In this document: piece after piece, positions 56,969 to 64,000 of the stretch
How the letters are laid out: each line of letters opens with the position of its first letter
How positions within the stretch are numbered: the stretch's first letter is position 1
DNA from: the human T2T-CHM13v2.0 reference genome, Homo sapiens
NCBI RefSeq assembly: GCF_009914755.1
Contig: NC_060930.1
Direction: 5' to 3' (one strand)
DNA length: 64,000 nucleotides
Made by a program: the position numbers and the translations under genes
Notes under the pieces: model-generated
What the model saw: the letters and a program-made list of their open reading frames with translations, nothing else
The model's database searches: none
What the model was told of the DNA's origin: nothing

Positions 56969-59670
56969 GAAGCCATTTATTTTTCTATAGGAATCTTTCA
57001 TGGGTTATTGAAATATTCCTAAAGGATGATTTTACTTTTGCTTCACTGGGATATCTAATGGATTTAATTTGGTGGTGCTGAGATTTGTTTTTGTTAACAT
57101 CTTAGCTTGGAGTCTCATAACGATATAATAAATATAGAACTTAAAATCATGCATGATGACACTTGCTTTCAGTCTTCTTACGGAGATTTACTTTCTCAAC
57201 CACAGAACCAGGTGACCTTTTTTTCATCTCTCATATATGGAATGGCCTTTTGAGACCAATGGTTCATGTTCATGGCCCAGTTAACTACCATACTTACATG
57301 GCCATTTGCTTAAATGTACTCTTCCATTTGGTGCTTAAGACCTCAGATCCTGACTAGCAAGGCCTGTGCCTTCTTGTGAGCCTCTTGGCAATATTTAGCT
57401 TCTGAGAATGTTCTTGATATCAGTAGTTTGAGGGGAGGGGAAATAATCTCCACGATAAGCTCCATATTTAACAGAATTCTTACTTGAAATTTTCTCTGAG
57501 TATTATATTTGTTCCATAATTTTCAATGTATTCTGGAGTTCCTATCACTTCTATAAATAAAGACAGGGAACAAGAGATGCTGAACAGAATGAAGAACACT
57601 GGATTTAACTCAGAGCCTGAGGATCTCATGATATGGTTCTGATGTCTTGACTAATCCACAAGAAAGAAAACTGAACAGAAGCCACATGCTCTACACTTAC
57701 TCCCATTCTTCACCCTATCTCTTCTCTGTATAAAATGACCGCAATAAATTACTACCATATAATAAATTACAGGGTTGTTGGCACTGTCTATATTCTAGAC
57801 AAAGGGTCTCAAAAACAGAGTGAGGAGGGATTTGTGTTTCAGAGATCAATCAACGCCAAACTAGGCAGACTGACTATACCAATTGTCTCGAGTGGGAAGT
57901 ACTTGGGTGAGAAGGATCTAATTAAAACAGGTTGCTATCTTGTGAGTTTCTTTGGTCCCAGAGATGGCTATTTGAAAGTCTCTATGCTGACAGCATGGAT
58001 AGAATCAGAAGCAAGTGAACCAATTGAAGTTCTTATAGTAACAAATGCCAAACTGACATGTAGCCAAGATACCTATTGGGCAGGGATAAAAGACACATAT
58101 GGTGAATCTCAAACAATGATTCCATAGAACTTTGGTGAGCATTACAAGAGTGATGTGGTACAGCCTTAAACAATAAAAAAGAAACAATGAGAACAACCTG
58201 GCTAACAATACTAGATGATACCTAAGGGGAAAAAAGCTTTCATCATATCAGTTTTATTGCTGAAAATTTTAGATAACTTCTCACATATGTTATATCTGGC
58301 TGATCTAAATTGATCAGAAGGATAACAGAGTGTTTAAAAACATTCTTGGCATTTGGTTCTAAATTCAAAGTTCCATTAGCAATAGAATTGTTCTGAAATA
58401 GAGCATTCTTTTGAGAATAAGTAATGAGTTCTATTTTACCAAAATAACACCCCACCCCAGGTGATGAGTACCTGGCAGCAAATACTGAAATCAGAACAAA
58501 GCCATAAACCACATTTATCCAGATGTAGGAGTCTATTTATTCTCTCACTAATTCAGAAGGATCCAAAAGCATTAGCTTTGCCAACTGTATTGCAAAATAA
58601 AAGACACAGACATGGACTGTTCGTTAACTAGTTTTACTTTGTTAGATGGTTGAAATCCGCATATTTTTTGCCAACAGATATAAAAATATCTTTGTTTCCA
58701 TTAACTACAAGCTCAAACTTCACTTAGAAAATATTTTATCAATTAGTTGATAAATTTTGGTGGGTTATAATAAGATCTTAATAGGTAAACTGTATTATCT
58801 CTTATCCAGAGATTATATCATTCTTTGAAACTGTATCAAGTACTATTGAATGAGAACACAATTCACTATCAATTATAATTATAAAGCATTTAGTATTTTT
58901 CTTTGCACATAATAACTGCTCAATAACTCAGCTTTCTTTTGCCTTTATTGAATCAAATTCATCCATTTTTAAGAAGACGTAGTAACATTGTTCCAGCTAG
59001 TGGGAATCTGTAAAAACCAAATTTAGGACATTTGTTTAGTCCACTACAGATACTTTTAAAATTTAATACTCAATAGCTAATGGAAAAATAAGTATGAATA
59101 TATATTTAAGATTAAGATATGCCTTCTTGGCTTTAAATACCTCACATTCCTGTGGCAACATCTTAAGAAAAATAACTAAAATAAAAGAATGCAAAGCATA
59201 TCTATTTTAATTAGAGGAGTATAAGAAATTAAATTCTAAAGCTGTAGGATCTATATACAAAACATTATAGTAGAATTTGCATATCCACCAAATGTGAATT
59301 GAATAATTAATGCTTAATAAATACGGGGCCATATAATACTGTGTGGAGGGTAATGCTAAACAAGGTAGTCAACACAAGAAACTTCTAATTTAATAGGGAA
59401 ATATAATGTTGCTTAACTAACTAAAATAGGCCAGTATGTTGATAAGTGCCAAGTGAGAAGATAAGTTTAGAATCATAGAAGTAAAGGCAGTAGGTTTCTC
59501 GTTTAACTATGATAATAAGAGAACACTTCAGGGAAAGAGACCACATTCGAGAGGATTGGGTAGACAGAGCCTATCATGATGAAGAGACAGTGCAGGGGAA
59601 GTGTGAGTAAGAGCAACTGAAAACAGCCTCATTATTACCAAAAACTAACAAAACATGGAAATCAGTTTTT

Positions 59671-63880
<4,210 letters not shown>

Positions 63881-64000
63881 AAATCAGTTTTTAATAAAAA
63901 ATCTTCATAAAATTTTCTGATTTCATGAGATTTTTATCTCATGCTTATTAAACTGTGGATACTATATGTAAAATGATCTTTTTTATTTTTCCACAGATAA

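Noticed and set aside
57735-58127. 130-aa plus-strand ORF upstream of the gene
   Set aside because: No recognisable domain, splice context or promoter; it begins in MIR-like sequence and its length is compatible with chance.

Overview
This window is primate (most likely human) genomic DNA containing the 5' part of HMGCLL1 (HMG-CoA lyase-like 1) on the minus strand. A CpG-island promoter lies near 52.0-52.6 kb. Coding exon 1 (52322-52215) encodes MGNVPSAVKH...LDPAQ. It is followed by a 90-nt cassette exon (50435-50346) that appears to be exonised from an ancient L2 element, and by two core catalytic-domain exons (15685-15605 with the EVGPRDGLQNE motif, and 15381-15274). I did not find the remaining exons here; they should lie beyond position 1. 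The rest is AT-rich intronic and upstream DNA dense in repeats: seven Alu loci including a near-consensus AluY and an odd three-arm Alu inside one TSD pair, L1PA insertions including a 4.2-kb twin-primed 5'-inverted copy, old L1M/L2/MIR, MaLR and ERVL LTRs, MER DNA transposons and microsatellites. The most unusual non-TE structure is a templated local rearrangement at 34.2-35.6 kb (78-bp direct copy, short filler, 219-bp inverted copy) that should fold into a long intronic dsRNA stem. Nearly all ORFs in the supplied track are repeat-derived or chance. Repeat subfamily names come from recalled consensus sequences, not a RepeatMasker run, and boundaries of old repeats are approximate.
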